Below, one piece after another: positions 8,065 to 17,641 of a stretch of DNA of 31,120 nt. The stretch is from positions 1-31,120 of the IMG/VR virus record IMGVR_UViG_3300009498_000024; one strand, 5' to 3'. The translations under genes and the position numbers were made by a program. Below the pieces are notes generated by a model, which saw nothing but the letters and a program-made list of their open reading frames with translations, searched no databases and had not been told where the DNA came from. Position 1 is the first letter of the stretch. Each line of letters starts with the position of its first letter. This stretch comes from a virus (lineage: Duplodnaviria; Caudoviricetes).

Positions 8065-9399
8065 ATGTATAATTTAGAGACAGAAGAAGCTTTGTTGTTC
8101 TGCGTACTTAACAAGCCAGAGTGTATAGAAGATATAAGAAGGTGGATACCTGAAGAGAATGTATTCTATAACTCTTTCAATAAGAAAGTATGGTTAGAAT
8201 GTTCTAAGCTTTACAACAACAACGAGCCAGTTGATGCTCTATCAGTATCAAGAGCTATACCAAAAAACAAGATAGATGGAAAGTTACCATCTTATGAGCT
8301 GACTAGGATAGCAACTAGTGGAGTCACAACTGCTAATGCAGAGTATCTAGCTAAAAGTATGTACGAGGATTTTCTTAGAAGGAGTATAGTTAACAACTGT
8401 CATAAGATGATAGGAAAAGCTGAAGATAATGCTGTTGATTTTGACGATATAATAGAACAGATAAACACAGATACATCTAATATAATCAACACCAAGCCGT
8501 CTAGAAACGAGTTTAACCTCGAAACATTGCTTCATGATACTGATGATTCAATATTCAAAAGCAAGGGGATTATAAAGACAGGGCTCAATACTCTTGATTC
8601 TGTGATACATGGAATGACGAGAGGAGAAATAACAATCATAGCTGGGAGACCAGCCAATGGTAAGACAACTGTTGCTGCTAACATAGCTAGACAGTTAGTA
8701 TTGTCAGGTAAAAAAGTTATGATGTTTAACAGAGAAATGCCTAACACAGAAATGATGAAGAAGTTTATTGCTATGGAATCTATGAGTTTATCTTATAGAA
8801 ACTTAAGACATGGAGCTACATCATCATCTATAGAGGTTCATACTGCTATGCAGTTTATCAAAGACAACTACCAAGACAAGTTATTTATGTATGACTCTGT
8901 TAGAGATTTGCAATCTACTTTTGAAGAAATAAAAAGAGTAAAGCCTGATGTTGTGATTGATGACCATATAGGTCTTATTGAGTTTTCATCTAGAGACTCT
9001 AGAGACTTAAGGCATAAGATAAGAGAAACAACAATGAGGTATAAATGGCTTGCCAAAGCACATGATATGTGTGTAATATTAGTATCGCAGCTTAACAGAA
9101 ATATAGAGCATAGGATAGATGCTACACCTAGATTGTCAGACCTAGCAGAATCTGGTTCGCTAGAACAAGATGCAGAGATGGTGGTGTTTACACACTATCC
9201 CTATGTGTCTAGATTTGGTCAAGCAGATTCAGATGGTAGGATATGGGGTAAGAATGAGATGATGTTGATAGTATCTAAGAATAGATATGGAACTCCTGGC
9301 TCTGTAGAAATGGGATACTCTGGAGATAGCTGCTTATTGTTTGACGATATAAGGAGTGCAAAAGATTACGAAGCAAAGAAAGGGCAGTTAAATGCCTGA
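8065..9399 (+). CDS. dnaB: Replicative DNA helicase
   Basis: Walker A GRPANGKTT, VVIDDHIGL, LVSQLNR, PRLSDLAESGSLEQDA, KNRYG. Confidence 0.95.
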   Translation: MYNLETEEALLFCVLNKPECIEDIRRWIPEENVFYNSFNKKVWLECSKLYNNNEPVDALSVSRAIPKNKIDGKLPSYELTRIATSGVTTANAEYLAKSMYEDFLRRSIVNNCHKMIGKAEDNAVDFDDIIEQINTDTSNIINTKPSRNEFNLETLLHDTDDSIFKSKGIIKTGLNTLDSVIHGMTRGEITIIAGRPANGKTTVAANIARQLVLSGKKVMMFNREMPNTEMMKKFIAMESMSLSYRNLRHGATSSSIEVHTAMQFIKDNYQDKLFMYDSVRDLQSTFEEIKRVKPDVVIDDHIGLIEFSSRDSRDLRHKIRETTMRYKWLAKAHDMCVILVSQLNRNIEHRIDATPRLSDLAESGSLEQDAEMVVFTHYPYVSRFGQADSDGRIWGKNEMMLIVSKNRYGTPGSVEMGYSGDSCLLFDDIRSAKDYEAKKGQLNA

Positions 9400-9772
9400 T
9401 AATATCAAGAGAGTTGTAGCTAAGTGGGTTATGAATCAGTACGATTTAGACCCAGTAATTAGCATAGAAGAAGATATGGATTGTGATGGGATGTATATAC
9501 CAGACCAAGACAAAGTATTAATTAGTGCAGACTTAAAGCCAGAGCTGTTAATTAAAACCGTATTACATGAAGTAAAGCACGTAATGGATTCTATGAAATA
9601 CGGAAGAGTTAAGTTTCAGAAGAAATATAATCAAGCTGGTACTGTCGCTGCTAACTGTGGAAATAGCCCATATGTAGACAATAAATGGGAGATAAGAGCA
9701 GAGAAATTTGCAGAACAAGAAATGAAAAACAAATGGAAAGATTTAAACAATGGTAATAGTGAAGAAGACTAA
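9392..9772 (+). CDS. HExxH zinc metallopeptidase-like protein (ImmA/IrrE-like zincin)
   Basis: TVLHEVKH followed by WEIRAE. Confidence 0.7.
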   Translation: MPDNIKRVVAKWVMNQYDLDPVISIEEDMDCDGMYIPDQDKVLISADLKPELLIKTVLHEVKHVMDSMKYGRVKFQKKYNQAGTVAANCGNSPYVDNKWEIRAEKFAEQEMKNKWKDLNNGNSEED

Positions 9773-9926
9773 AAATAAAACAGTTCAGAAAATGATTACT
9801 GAGTTCAAAAAGAAAGTAAGAGAGGCTGGTATTAAAGAAGAGCTGGAAGAGCGTAGCTTTTACACTAAACCCTCCCAGCTCAGGAGGGAGAGAGAGAAAA
9901 AGATTAAAAGATTAAATAGAAAATAA
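9750..9926 (+). CDS. rpsU: 30S ribosomal protein bS21, phage-encoded, 58 aa (not in ORF track)
   Basis: MVIVKKTKNKTVQKMITEFKKKVREAGIKEELEERSFYTKPSQLRREREKKIKRLNRK fits the bS21 pattern FKKK....GI..E...R.FY.KPS..RR. Confidence 0.9.
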   Translation: MVIVKKTKNKTVQKMITEFKKKVREAGIKEELEERSFYTKPSQLRREREKKIKRLNRK

Positions 9927-9928
9927 TT

Positions 9929-10354
9929 TTACCTAGGAGGAATAGGTTCCTGCATTTGTGGAGAAAGTAATCTGAACAAAGTTTCTATATCCATTCTAGG
10001 TAATCCAGTAGTATCTTGAGGAACTGGCTCTTGATTTCTCATTAACATTTGCATAGTCATAGGACTATCAACTACCCCAACAGTGCCACCTCCATATGTA
10101 CTTCTATTTGGTGGTTGTGGTTGAGAATTAAGTAATATTTTTAAAAGTTGTTGTTGTTTATCTGTAGTGTCAACTCCTGAAGATTCTACATCTTCTCCTC
10201 TAGATTTCATAGCTACAAGTGAATCTAAAACAGAGTCTAATCCAGAGTTATTAGACTCTACATTTCCCATATTTCTACCCATAATACCTGACAAAAACCC
10301 AGCTATGTCAGAATTTCTTATTATATCATCTATTGATTTATTTTTTTCATTCAT
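9929..10354 (-). CDS. Hypothetical low-complexity protein, possible virion cargo
   Basis: Last gene of the late operon; Q/P/M/S-rich; starts MNEK. Confidence 0.6.
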   Translation of the reverse strand: MNEKNKSIDDIIRNSDIAGFLSGIMGRNMGNVESNNSGLDSVLDSLVAMKSRGEDVESSGVDTTDKQQQLLKILLNSQPQPPNRSTYGGGTVGVVDSPMTMQMLMRNQEPVPQDTTGLPRMDIETLFRLLSPQMQEPIPPR

Positions 10355-10460
10355 CTCTTTGTTCTTTCTTTTTCTTTTTTATTAATCTTTTAATAGATTT
10401 ATTTTCAATCGTAAGCTTTCTTTTTCTACGCTTTCTTTCTTTGGCTTTTTTATTTGGCAT
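10347..10460 (-). CDS. Small highly basic protein, 37 aa (not in ORF track)
   Basis: MPNKKAKERKRRKRKLTIENKSIKRLIKKKKKEQRDE; fills the gap and overlaps the next start. Confidence 0.6.
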   Translation of the reverse strand: MPNKKAKERKRRKRKLTIENKSIKRLIKKKKKEQRDE

Positions 10461-10462
10461 AT

Positions 10463-11347
10463 CTATTCCAGTGCTCTCTTAATAAAACTATCGCTACCTT
10501 TGTCCATATATTTTTTTACAGTCTCAAGATTAGATATTACTTTTTTCCAATTTTTATTTGCAAATTCCACATTAGCTTCTCTAATTAATTCTTGAACTTC
10601 GTTGAAGGCTGGTAGTTCCGAGTGAGCTTTTCCATATTCTTTCAAAGCTTTGTTAAGGTTGTCCATATATTCTTTTTCTGGAACATTATAGAACTTAACA
10701 TTTGATGCCATGTTCTCCTTCATCTCTTTTTCAAATCCGTAGTTATGTTTTAGAGTTTTTAAAACTCTATCTATCTTCTCACCAGAAACTCCATACGAAC
10801 CTGGAAACCCAGAAGCCCAAGTATACATCCTGTTTGATATATCGCCCATTGCTTCTATGGCAAAATCTAATACACCTCCACCAGATGCTCCCTGAACTTT
10901 TAACATAGCCTCTTCTGGAGCTTCTCTTTGAGCCATACCTATTGACCTTCCGTACAACTCAGCTCTTTCAGCTTGACTTAATTGTCTAGGGTCAATACCA
11001 ACAGAGCCTCGGTTCTTTTTTATAGCATCAACTATCGTAGTAATTTTAGGAGTATACCCATGCACCCTGTTCTCAGGAAAAAAACTAAGTACAGATTTAG
11101 TTGTTCCAGCTAGACCTCCACCAATTAAACCTTCAACTAGATTATCTAAATCTCCCCGAGTAAAAGCTTCTGTTGGTTTTCCGAATATGCTTTTACCAGG
11201 CTCAACAATAACTTGACTTCTTCTCTTTCTATCTGATTCTATAATTTTATCTATAGCAGAGCTACCAACCTCTCTAGCCGTTGGGAGGTCTTGTGATGTA
11301 GAATATCTACCACCAGTTAATATATCAAGTAAGGTTTTTTCGTTCAC
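10463..11347 (-). CDS. Hypothetical protein: low-complexity leader plus helical C-terminal domain
   Basis: GTG start; Gly-rich segment GLIGGGLAG followed by a globular-looking domain. Confidence 0.7.
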   Translation of the reverse strand: MNEKTLLDILTGGRYSTSQDLPTAREVGSSAIDKIIESDRKRRSQVIVEPGKSIFGKPTEAFTRGDLDNLVEGLIGGGLAGTTKSVLSFFPENRVHGYTPKITTIVDAIKKNRGSVGIDPRQLSQAERAELYGRSIGMAQREAPEEAMLKVQGASGGGVLDFAIEAMGDISNRMYTWASGFPGSYGVSGEKIDRVLKTLKHNYGFEKEMKENMASNVKFYNVPEKEYMDNLNKALKEYGKAHSELPAFNEVQELIREANVEFANKNWKKVISNLETVKKYMDKGSDSFIKRALE

Positions 11348-11350
11348 AAT

Positions 11351-11647
11351 TTACCACTTAACCTTATTAGCCCAATACGCAGCAGACATCTTACCCTTCG
11401 CTATATTCTTTCTATGTCTAGCTTTAAAAGACTTACGTTTCATCTTCATTTTCTTAGACTCTCCAGCCTTAGGTTTACCAGCAGTACTAGCTCCTTGCTC
11501 TCCAAATCTAATAGTTTTAATTTTATCTCCGACTTTAGCTACTACCACATGACTTTTTTTAGGATGACTTGGTGTTCTCTTTGGCTTATTAAAACCAGAT
11601 ACACCAGCTCTAGCTAGTCGTGAGTCTCTCTTCTTCTTAGCAGGCAT
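11351..11647 (-). CDS. Small basic protein of a widespread viral family
   Basis: KTIRFG...RKSFKARH...SAAYWANKVKW; TAATG coupling. Confidence 0.75.
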   Translation of the reverse strand: MPAKKKRDSRLARAGVSGFNKPKRTPSHPKKSHVVVAKVGDKIKTIRFGEQGASTAGKPKAGESKKMKMKRKSFKARHRKNIAKGKMSAAYWANKVKW

Positions 11648-11955
11648 TACTTCTTCTTCTTTCTGGTGGTTGTTTTTTTCTTACCACCTCTAATTAAATC
11701 AGCGTCAGCTTTTCTAGCTCCACCTTTTCCAGTTGCAAAACTTCTTACTCTGCCAGCAGCCCATGCATGAGCACTAGTTCCAGGTCTAGAACCGCTAGAA
11801 TAAAAAGCACCTAATCCTCTAGAGTATACCTTAGATAAAGTACCTTTAGATATGCCAGAGCTCTTAGAGTACTTAGCTAGTACAGCTGCTTTACCCCCTG
11901 ATGTTTTTCTTTTTGGGCTTGCTTTTTTTCGTGGGCTTGCTTTTTTTCGTGGCAC
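11647..11955 (-). CDS. Basic protein, DUF5824-like
   Basis: LSKVYSRGLGAF..SGSRPGTSAHAWAAGRVRSF; AAGGAG 5 nt before GTG 11955. Confidence 0.7.
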   Translation of the reverse strand: MPRKKASPRKKASPKRKTSGGKAAVLAKYSKSSGISKGTLSKVYSRGLGAFYSSGSRPGTSAHAWAAGRVRSFATGKGGARKADADLIRGGKKKTTTRKKKK

Positions 11956-12133
11956 TTTCACTCCTTAGTTTAGATATTTTATCCATCATAGCTGGTGTTA
12001 GTTTTCCCATTCTATACAACTCTCTTGTTCTGCGTATCTCAGCCTCTCTAGATGATGGATTCTTTGAACCCCTTACGTATTTTAACGGAGTTCCTCTCCT
12101 TGTTTTCTTTACTGGTTTAAATTTTCTAGCCAT
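11891..12133 (-). CDS. Small basic protein
   Basis: MARKFKPVKK...PLKYVRG; overlaps the next gene by 65 nt. Confidence 0.65.
   Translation of the reverse strand: MARKFKPVKKTRRGTPLKYVRGSKNPSSREAEIRRTRELYRMGKLTPAMMDKISKLRSESATKKSKPTKKSKPKKKNIRG
11915..11952. repeat. 18-nt tandem repeat (2 copies) in a dual-coding overlap
   Basis: GGGCTTGCTTTTTTTCGT x2; encodes PRKKAS in one frame and TKKSKP in the other. Confidence 0.9.
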
Positions 12134-12135
12134 TA

Positions 12136-15100
12136 CTACCTTATAAAGTTTCTATAGAGCATTAGTTGTTCGTCTGTCATATTCTCTGTGTCAACTTTCA
12201 TGTTCTTCTTCATAACATATCTATATATTTCTTTATAATTTATATCGTTATATGTTATTGGATTGGTTGGATTTGAGTTATTCCATTGCACTATTCTTCT
12301 TGTAGCTAAATCACTTTTTCCTTCAGACATAAGTTTTAATGCATCAGTTCTAACCTTACCTTTTCTGTTCTTTTGAGCATTTCTTTTCTGAGATTGTGTG
12401 GCAAGAAATCTTTCTGACAATCTCCTTGCATTTGTTCCTAGTATAGGAGATGCTTTGTACGCTGCCCTTCTAAAAGAAATCATATTAAAACCAAATTCAT
12501 CTACAGATTTCATTAGTTCTCCAAAGGAATCTACAGATTTTTCTAAATCACTGTAGAAAACTGGTTTTAAAGTAAACTCTAATTGACCAGCTAAATCTTC
12601 TGCATCCATAAAATCAGATAACATTCCAAATGCACCCACAGTTCCAAAGCTCTGAACAAATTCATTAAACTTAGTATCTTCTTTCGGTTTATAGTCTCTA
12701 CCTGATAATACATTTGTCATAAAGTTTTTAGCATAGTTAATCGCAGCACCACCAGCCATACCACCTACTGCTAGCCTAGCCAATATAAGAGGATTACCTC
12801 TTTGAAACTCTTCTCTGATTTGCTCTGTTATAAAACCAGCTTGCTTGACACCAAAACTTTTAAACAAAACAAATGGTCTTGTTGCTGGATTGCTAAGCCA
12901 TAAAGGTTCTCTTAAATAATCTCTCTGAAGCTGACTTTTTTTAGCAAAAGCAGCTGTCGCTGAATCTACCTTAGAACTCGTCAAGGAATCTAATCTTTCT
13001 GCATCTATATTAAATAACTTTCTTAATTTGTCTTTAGCGTACTTACCCCTAAAGCTAGTAGGATTTTTTTGGTAAGCTTTTATATAATCGTCAATTGCTA
13101 TCTTAGCTGTAGCAGATGCTAGCATATTGTTAAATTTATTAATTGGTGTAAACCCACTATATGTAGCAGCAAAATCAGATGCTTTTCTCATTACCGATGT
13201 ACTAGATGCTTCACCAACTATTTCTCTAATAAAGTCAACGTATACAGTAGGTAGCTTAGCTCTAAAGTCTTTATCTAAAAGTTTAATAAATCCTTTTGCT
13301 GTTCTTCCTATACCTAGTGATGGTATGGTTGATATCATTGGCTGAAATATGTTGGCTATAGTAGCATCTCCACCAGCTATTTTTGTCATAGCTTCAAATC
13401 CCATAAAATTAGTAACTAGCTTTCTTAATTCTGGAGACCTCTGCCTACTTAAATCAGCTTCTGCAAATCCAGTCATCTGCTCTACTAGTGTTGTAAGCCT
13501 TCTCTGTTCCCCAGGAACTCCAATTTCTTTAATAGCTTCGTTTATACCTTCATTATCTCTACCCCAAATTCTAGATGTTTCCACCCTTCTTCCTAGTCTG
13601 GAATCGTATACAGCCATTAATGTAATCGGGTCTGTTTCTAGCAGCTCTTCTGGTATATTAAATTTTCTTTTTCTTTCTAGGTTGCCATGAGGGTTGACTT
13701 TACTTGGCCTAATTTCTTCTCTAAATAAAGAATATGCTTCAGCATATGTCATGTTAGTTTTTTTACCACTTCTTTTATACTGTCTTTGTATGTCTTCAAT
13801 TAAAATACTAAACTGAGGGCTTAATTTATTATTCATAACTTTGTCAGATATAATTTTATTTAACAAGTTTTTTGAATTTTGACCAAGCTCTATGTTGTCA
13901 GCAAACATAAAATTAGAATCTCTTTCTATTCTTACATAATCATCAAATAATAGGTCTTTTGTTTTAGCATTAAACATACTTGGTAAGTATTTTTCTATTT
14001 TACCTTTTGGAACTATGCCGCCTTTTCTTGCGTATTCAAACCTACTTTCAGACCACTTTCTAATCAACTGAACAGCTTCTCTGTTTGCTTTTGTTTCTGG
14101 AGCAGAACCTACAGCTTCTCTATATATTCTAGTCAATCTATCTTTGTTTTTACCAAGTATTTTTTTAGCTGCCAAAATGTCTGTACGAGACCTTGCTTCA
14201 AATCCAGATATTGAATCTGATAAATCTATAAGAGACTTAGCAACTGCTTGAGAGCCTTTATCTTTAAAATTTTTAAGTGGAGAGCGTAAAAAGTTAGCTG
14301 CTTTTTCACCAAAATAATGAACAAATAAATCTGTTTGTGGCATATCAGAAGAATACTGAGCAAAACCTTTTCTAAATAAAGAGTTTTGATAATTTCTAAA
14401 ATACATTTGATGAAAATTATTTAAATCCCTATCAGATAAATCAGATACTTTTTTAGCCCTTCCGTTTGTAAAAACATTTATTTCTCCATCTACATTTATT
14501 TTTAGCTCTTCAGCCATGTCATAAATATTAGATTCTGTTTTTATTCTAGATTTTTTTGACTCTGAATATTTTTTAAAAAATTTATTTCTATTTATATTTC
14601 TTATTTCTTGGGTGTTATTGTCTATAATCTTAAAAGAATCTCCCTTAAATTTAGACTTTCCTTTTGCAGGTTGCCTTCCAATAACACTTACGTCTGTAAA
14701 CTTAACATCTGAAGCATCTGGAGATATAATTTCCCATCTCTTTATACCTCTCTCACCATCCCACATTGACTCTGTAAATATATTTGCTATATTTCTTTGC
14801 TTTCCTATATCTTCCACTGAAAGATTGTCAAAGCTACCTATACCTTCTTTTTCAAATATGTTTCTTTTGTATGCATTTAATTTTTTAATAGCTCCAGGAG
14901 CTCCAGCAACACCAGATATACCGAGAGCAAATCCAACAGAGTTTACATAATCCATAGGGCTTGGCAGTCTACCCTCTAATATAGGGTCAATAGTACCAAA
15001 AGCAGCAGCCTCTTGAGTGTACGCAAGAGCTTTTGCAGTTCCCTTTGCTGTAGCTCTACCTAAAACAGCACCACCTACTCCAGCAGATAAACTACCCTTA

Positions 15101-15714
15101 GCTGAATCTGTTAATACATCGCTCCAATCAATTTCATCTGTATCTATTTTTTGTTTTAATGCGCTAGCTATACCAGTATACACACCAAAACCAGCAGATT
15201 GTCTACCAGCTTCTGTTAAAATCTTTTCAGTTCCAGACTTTATAACTTTATTAGCTAATTCTTTTTTAGTACCATTGTTTAGCAATCTCTTTGTACCCAT
15301 TGTGGCTGCTTTACCTAAAGCAGATTTAGCAGCTGCTTTGCCAGCTACTCCACCAATACCACCACCAGCTATTGTAGCTACAAAATCTGCTGGCATAAAA
15401 AATGATAGTATTCCAGCTCCAATATCAGCCATAACTCCAGGGTCATAACCATCTAAATCAAACCTTTTTTCTCCAGTAACTAACTGCTCAGACATTCCAG
15501 TTATAGATTCATTATAAGCTTTTTTTACAACATTAGGTAAGAAATCAAAAATTTCTTTTTCTTGAACTCTTGATTGCTCAGAAAATAAATCTGGGTCTCT
15601 ATTAAGATTTTGATATGGAGTATTTTGATTTATACTAGGCTGTCTAGTTTGATAGTAACTATAAACCTTTTTTAATTCATCTAAGGTGTAAGTATTTTTG
15701 GGTTCTCCGTTCAT
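12136..15714 (-). CDS. Large internal virion (ejection) protein, putative
   Basis: 1192 aa, helical with G/A-rich hydrophobic stretches; lies after the nozzle and three smaller internal-protein-like genes. Confidence 0.65.
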   Translation of the reverse strand: MNGEPKNTYTLDELKKVYSYYQTRQPSINQNTPYQNLNRDPDLFSEQSRVQEKEIFDFLPNVVKKAYNESITGMSEQLVTGEKRFDLDGYDPGVMADIGAGILSFFMPADFVATIAGGGIGGVAGKAAAKSALGKAATMGTKRLLNNGTKKELANKVIKSGTEKILTEAGRQSAGFGVYTGIASALKQKIDTDEIDWSDVLTDSAKGSLSAGVGGAVLGRATAKGTAKALAYTQEAAAFGTIDPILEGRLPSPMDYVNSVGFALGISGVAGAPGAIKKLNAYKRNIFEKEGIGSFDNLSVEDIGKQRNIANIFTESMWDGERGIKRWEIISPDASDVKFTDVSVIGRQPAKGKSKFKGDSFKIIDNNTQEIRNINRNKFFKKYSESKKSRIKTESNIYDMAEELKINVDGEINVFTNGRAKKVSDLSDRDLNNFHQMYFRNYQNSLFRKGFAQYSSDMPQTDLFVHYFGEKAANFLRSPLKNFKDKGSQAVAKSLIDLSDSISGFEARSRTDILAAKKILGKNKDRLTRIYREAVGSAPETKANREAVQLIRKWSESRFEYARKGGIVPKGKIEKYLPSMFNAKTKDLLFDDYVRIERDSNFMFADNIELGQNSKNLLNKIISDKVMNNKLSPQFSILIEDIQRQYKRSGKKTNMTYAEAYSLFREEIRPSKVNPHGNLERKRKFNIPEELLETDPITLMAVYDSRLGRRVETSRIWGRDNEGINEAIKEIGVPGEQRRLTTLVEQMTGFAEADLSRQRSPELRKLVTNFMGFEAMTKIAGGDATIANIFQPMISTIPSLGIGRTAKGFIKLLDKDFRAKLPTVYVDFIREIVGEASSTSVMRKASDFAATYSGFTPINKFNNMLASATAKIAIDDYIKAYQKNPTSFRGKYAKDKLRKLFNIDAERLDSLTSSKVDSATAAFAKKSQLQRDYLREPLWLSNPATRPFVLFKSFGVKQAGFITEQIREEFQRGNPLILARLAVGGMAGGAAINYAKNFMTNVLSGRDYKPKEDTKFNEFVQSFGTVGAFGMLSDFMDAEDLAGQLEFTLKPVFYSDLEKSVDSFGELMKSVDEFGFNMISFRRAAYKASPILGTNARRLSERFLATQSQKRNAQKNRKGKVRTDALKLMSEGKSDLATRRIVQWNNSNPTNPITYNDINYKEIYRYVMKKNMKVDTENMTDEQLMLYRNFIR

Positions 15715-15733
15715 TTAAACTCTCTCTTTAATT

Positions 15734-17632
15734 TTATTGCAAGGAATTAAGTATTTGTTCAACAGCTCCTTGTGGGGCTTTTCCATATACTGCAGCATTT
15801 CTCATTCTATTTACCATAGCTGTTCTGTAATTATTAATGTCATTATTATACACTCCTAATCTAACGTCATCTGGTAAAGCATTAAAATCTTTCTCTATTT
15901 CTCTTTCAAATTCTTGTGGTGAAATTTTAAAATCTTGTTGTATTTGTTGCTCTAATTCAGCATTTGATACTTTATTGGTATCTAAAATATCTTGAGCTGA
16001 GCTTGGTAACTTTGTTGCTGTTTTAATTGCATTAGCTATAGCAATAGTTTCATTGCTAATTAAAGGAACAGATTGAGCTGTTCTCTCCCATCTTTTATAC
16101 TTACCTTTATATTGTTTCATTTTTTGAAACTTTGAATTTTCTGACTCAACCCTAGAAACAGCTCTATCTAATGACTTTTTAAGCCTTGCTTTTATTCTTG
16201 GGTTTGTCTCATTAAAATAAGCTTGATAAGTATTTCTAAGTAAAAACCCTAACTCTTTGTTTGACTTATCTATATTTTGTAAGTAATTACTGTTAACACT
16301 TTCTGTTTCTTGTTGAGTAGATGGAAAGGATGTTTGCCATTCAGCTCTAGATGCCATAAGATTATCTAGTGTTTGACTTATTCCTTTTTCAGCACTTCTT
16401 AATGCTTTTATATTAGATTCTGGAGCTCCTCCAAAAGTAATCATACCGCCTTCTCCAGTACCTATCTCTCTTTGTTGAGAAGGGGAAGCTCTTAATATGT
16501 CTTCAAAGCCTCTAGACATAGGTTCTTTACCACCCTCATAAGTTCTTTCTGCTAATCTTTCAACAGCTCCAGCATCGTCAACACCAACTTCTGTTAGAGG
16601 CTCTGGAGTTACAGTTTCAATAGAAGAAGGAATATCATCAACATATATTTCTGATAAATTTTCTTCCAAAGCTTTACTAAATGTAGCAGCATCAGAACTA
16701 TCAACTGCTTTAAATTCACCAGTTTCCGTTACTTGAAATGTTGCTCCTTCCATATTAATTGATGTTCCAGGTGGCAATTTACTAACTTCATCTATAGTAA
16801 CATCTACGCCTACAGTTAAGTTTCTTTTAGGGTATGATGCAAGAACTCCTGATGGTGGCTCATATGTTTTTATTTCTAATCCAGACTCTTGAGATAAAAA
16901 GCTACTTAATTCTGAATAACCTTTATTTAACTGGTCTTGATATGTATTTGCTTGCTGTAAAAGGCTTAGGTATTCTGGAGACTTTTTACTATCAGGAGAA
17001 ACTGCCATCTTGCTTAACATGTCATTAATAGGTTTAAGTCTTTTTTCAATAGAATCTAAATTTTTAGATAGAATTGTAACTTTATTATTAAACTGAGTAT
17101 CTGCAAATTTTTCTGTAGATATGTATATCCCAAGCCTATCTTTAACATCAGAGTGAGTTATTGGTTTGTTCCAAGAAGAGCTTGATTCTAAATCATCAAT
17201 AACTTCAGGTGGTAAAATCTGCCTATACGAATTTAATATATTGCTATTGTTTTCTTTTCCTAGCTGAATTTGTTTTTCTAAAACTCTAAATCTAGATTTA
17301 CCTTGAACGGTTTTAAACTCAAAGTTTTCAGCAAGTCTTAATGCGTTTTCAGAATCAGATTCAAGTTGAATGCTGCTTAACATACTGTTTTCTATCTCAA
17401 GACGCTCTGTATTTTCTCTGTTTAGCTCTTCTGTTTTGAGGGCTTTATCCATTATTTCGTTTTGACGTGCTTGTTGTTCTATTTGTGCATCGAACTGTTG
17501 TTGTCTAAAAGCTTGCTGCTCGTCAAATCTTCTAGCTGATTCTTGTCTGTTAAGCTGACCCTCTATAAACTGAGGTATAGTAACGCTTAACAATCTGTTT
17601 ATTGGTGATTCGTAATCAAATCCGTTTGCCAT
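15734..17632 (-). CDS. Internal virion protein, putative
   Basis: Q/E-rich coiled-coil N-terminus; position in the podoviral core module; GGAG SD. Confidence 0.55.
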   Translation of the reverse strand: MANGFDYESPINRLLSVTIPQFIEGQLNRQESARRFDEQQAFRQQQFDAQIEQQARQNEIMDKALKTEELNRENTERLEIENSMLSSIQLESDSENALRLAENFEFKTVQGKSRFRVLEKQIQLGKENNSNILNSYRQILPPEVIDDLESSSSWNKPITHSDVKDRLGIYISTEKFADTQFNNKVTILSKNLDSIEKRLKPINDMLSKMAVSPDSKKSPEYLSLLQQANTYQDQLNKGYSELSSFLSQESGLEIKTYEPPSGVLASYPKRNLTVGVDVTIDEVSKLPPGTSINMEGATFQVTETGEFKAVDSSDAATFSKALEENLSEIYVDDIPSSIETVTPEPLTEVGVDDAGAVERLAERTYEGGKEPMSRGFEDILRASPSQQREIGTGEGGMITFGGAPESNIKALRSAEKGISQTLDNLMASRAEWQTSFPSTQQETESVNSNYLQNIDKSNKELGFLLRNTYQAYFNETNPRIKARLKKSLDRAVSRVESENSKFQKMKQYKGKYKRWERTAQSVPLISNETIAIANAIKTATKLPSSAQDILDTNKVSNAELEQQIQQDFKISPQEFEREIEKDFNALPDDVRLGVYNNDINNYRTAMVNRMRNAAVYGKAPQGAVEQILNSLQ

Positions 17633-17641
17633 AAAATCTCC

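Noticed and set aside
1241-9056. Minus-strand ORFs in the early block (e.g. 1443-1739, 4248-4535, 4626-5051, 6930-7274, 8532-8747)
   Set aside because: They lie opposite well-supported + strand genes, have no SD or recognisable motifs, and show the Ser/Leu/Ile-rich composition typical of antisense shadows
9392-9772. IrrE/ImmA-type DNA-damage lysogeny switch
   Set aside because: Only the generic HExxH motif is seen; no repressor or integrase is in the window
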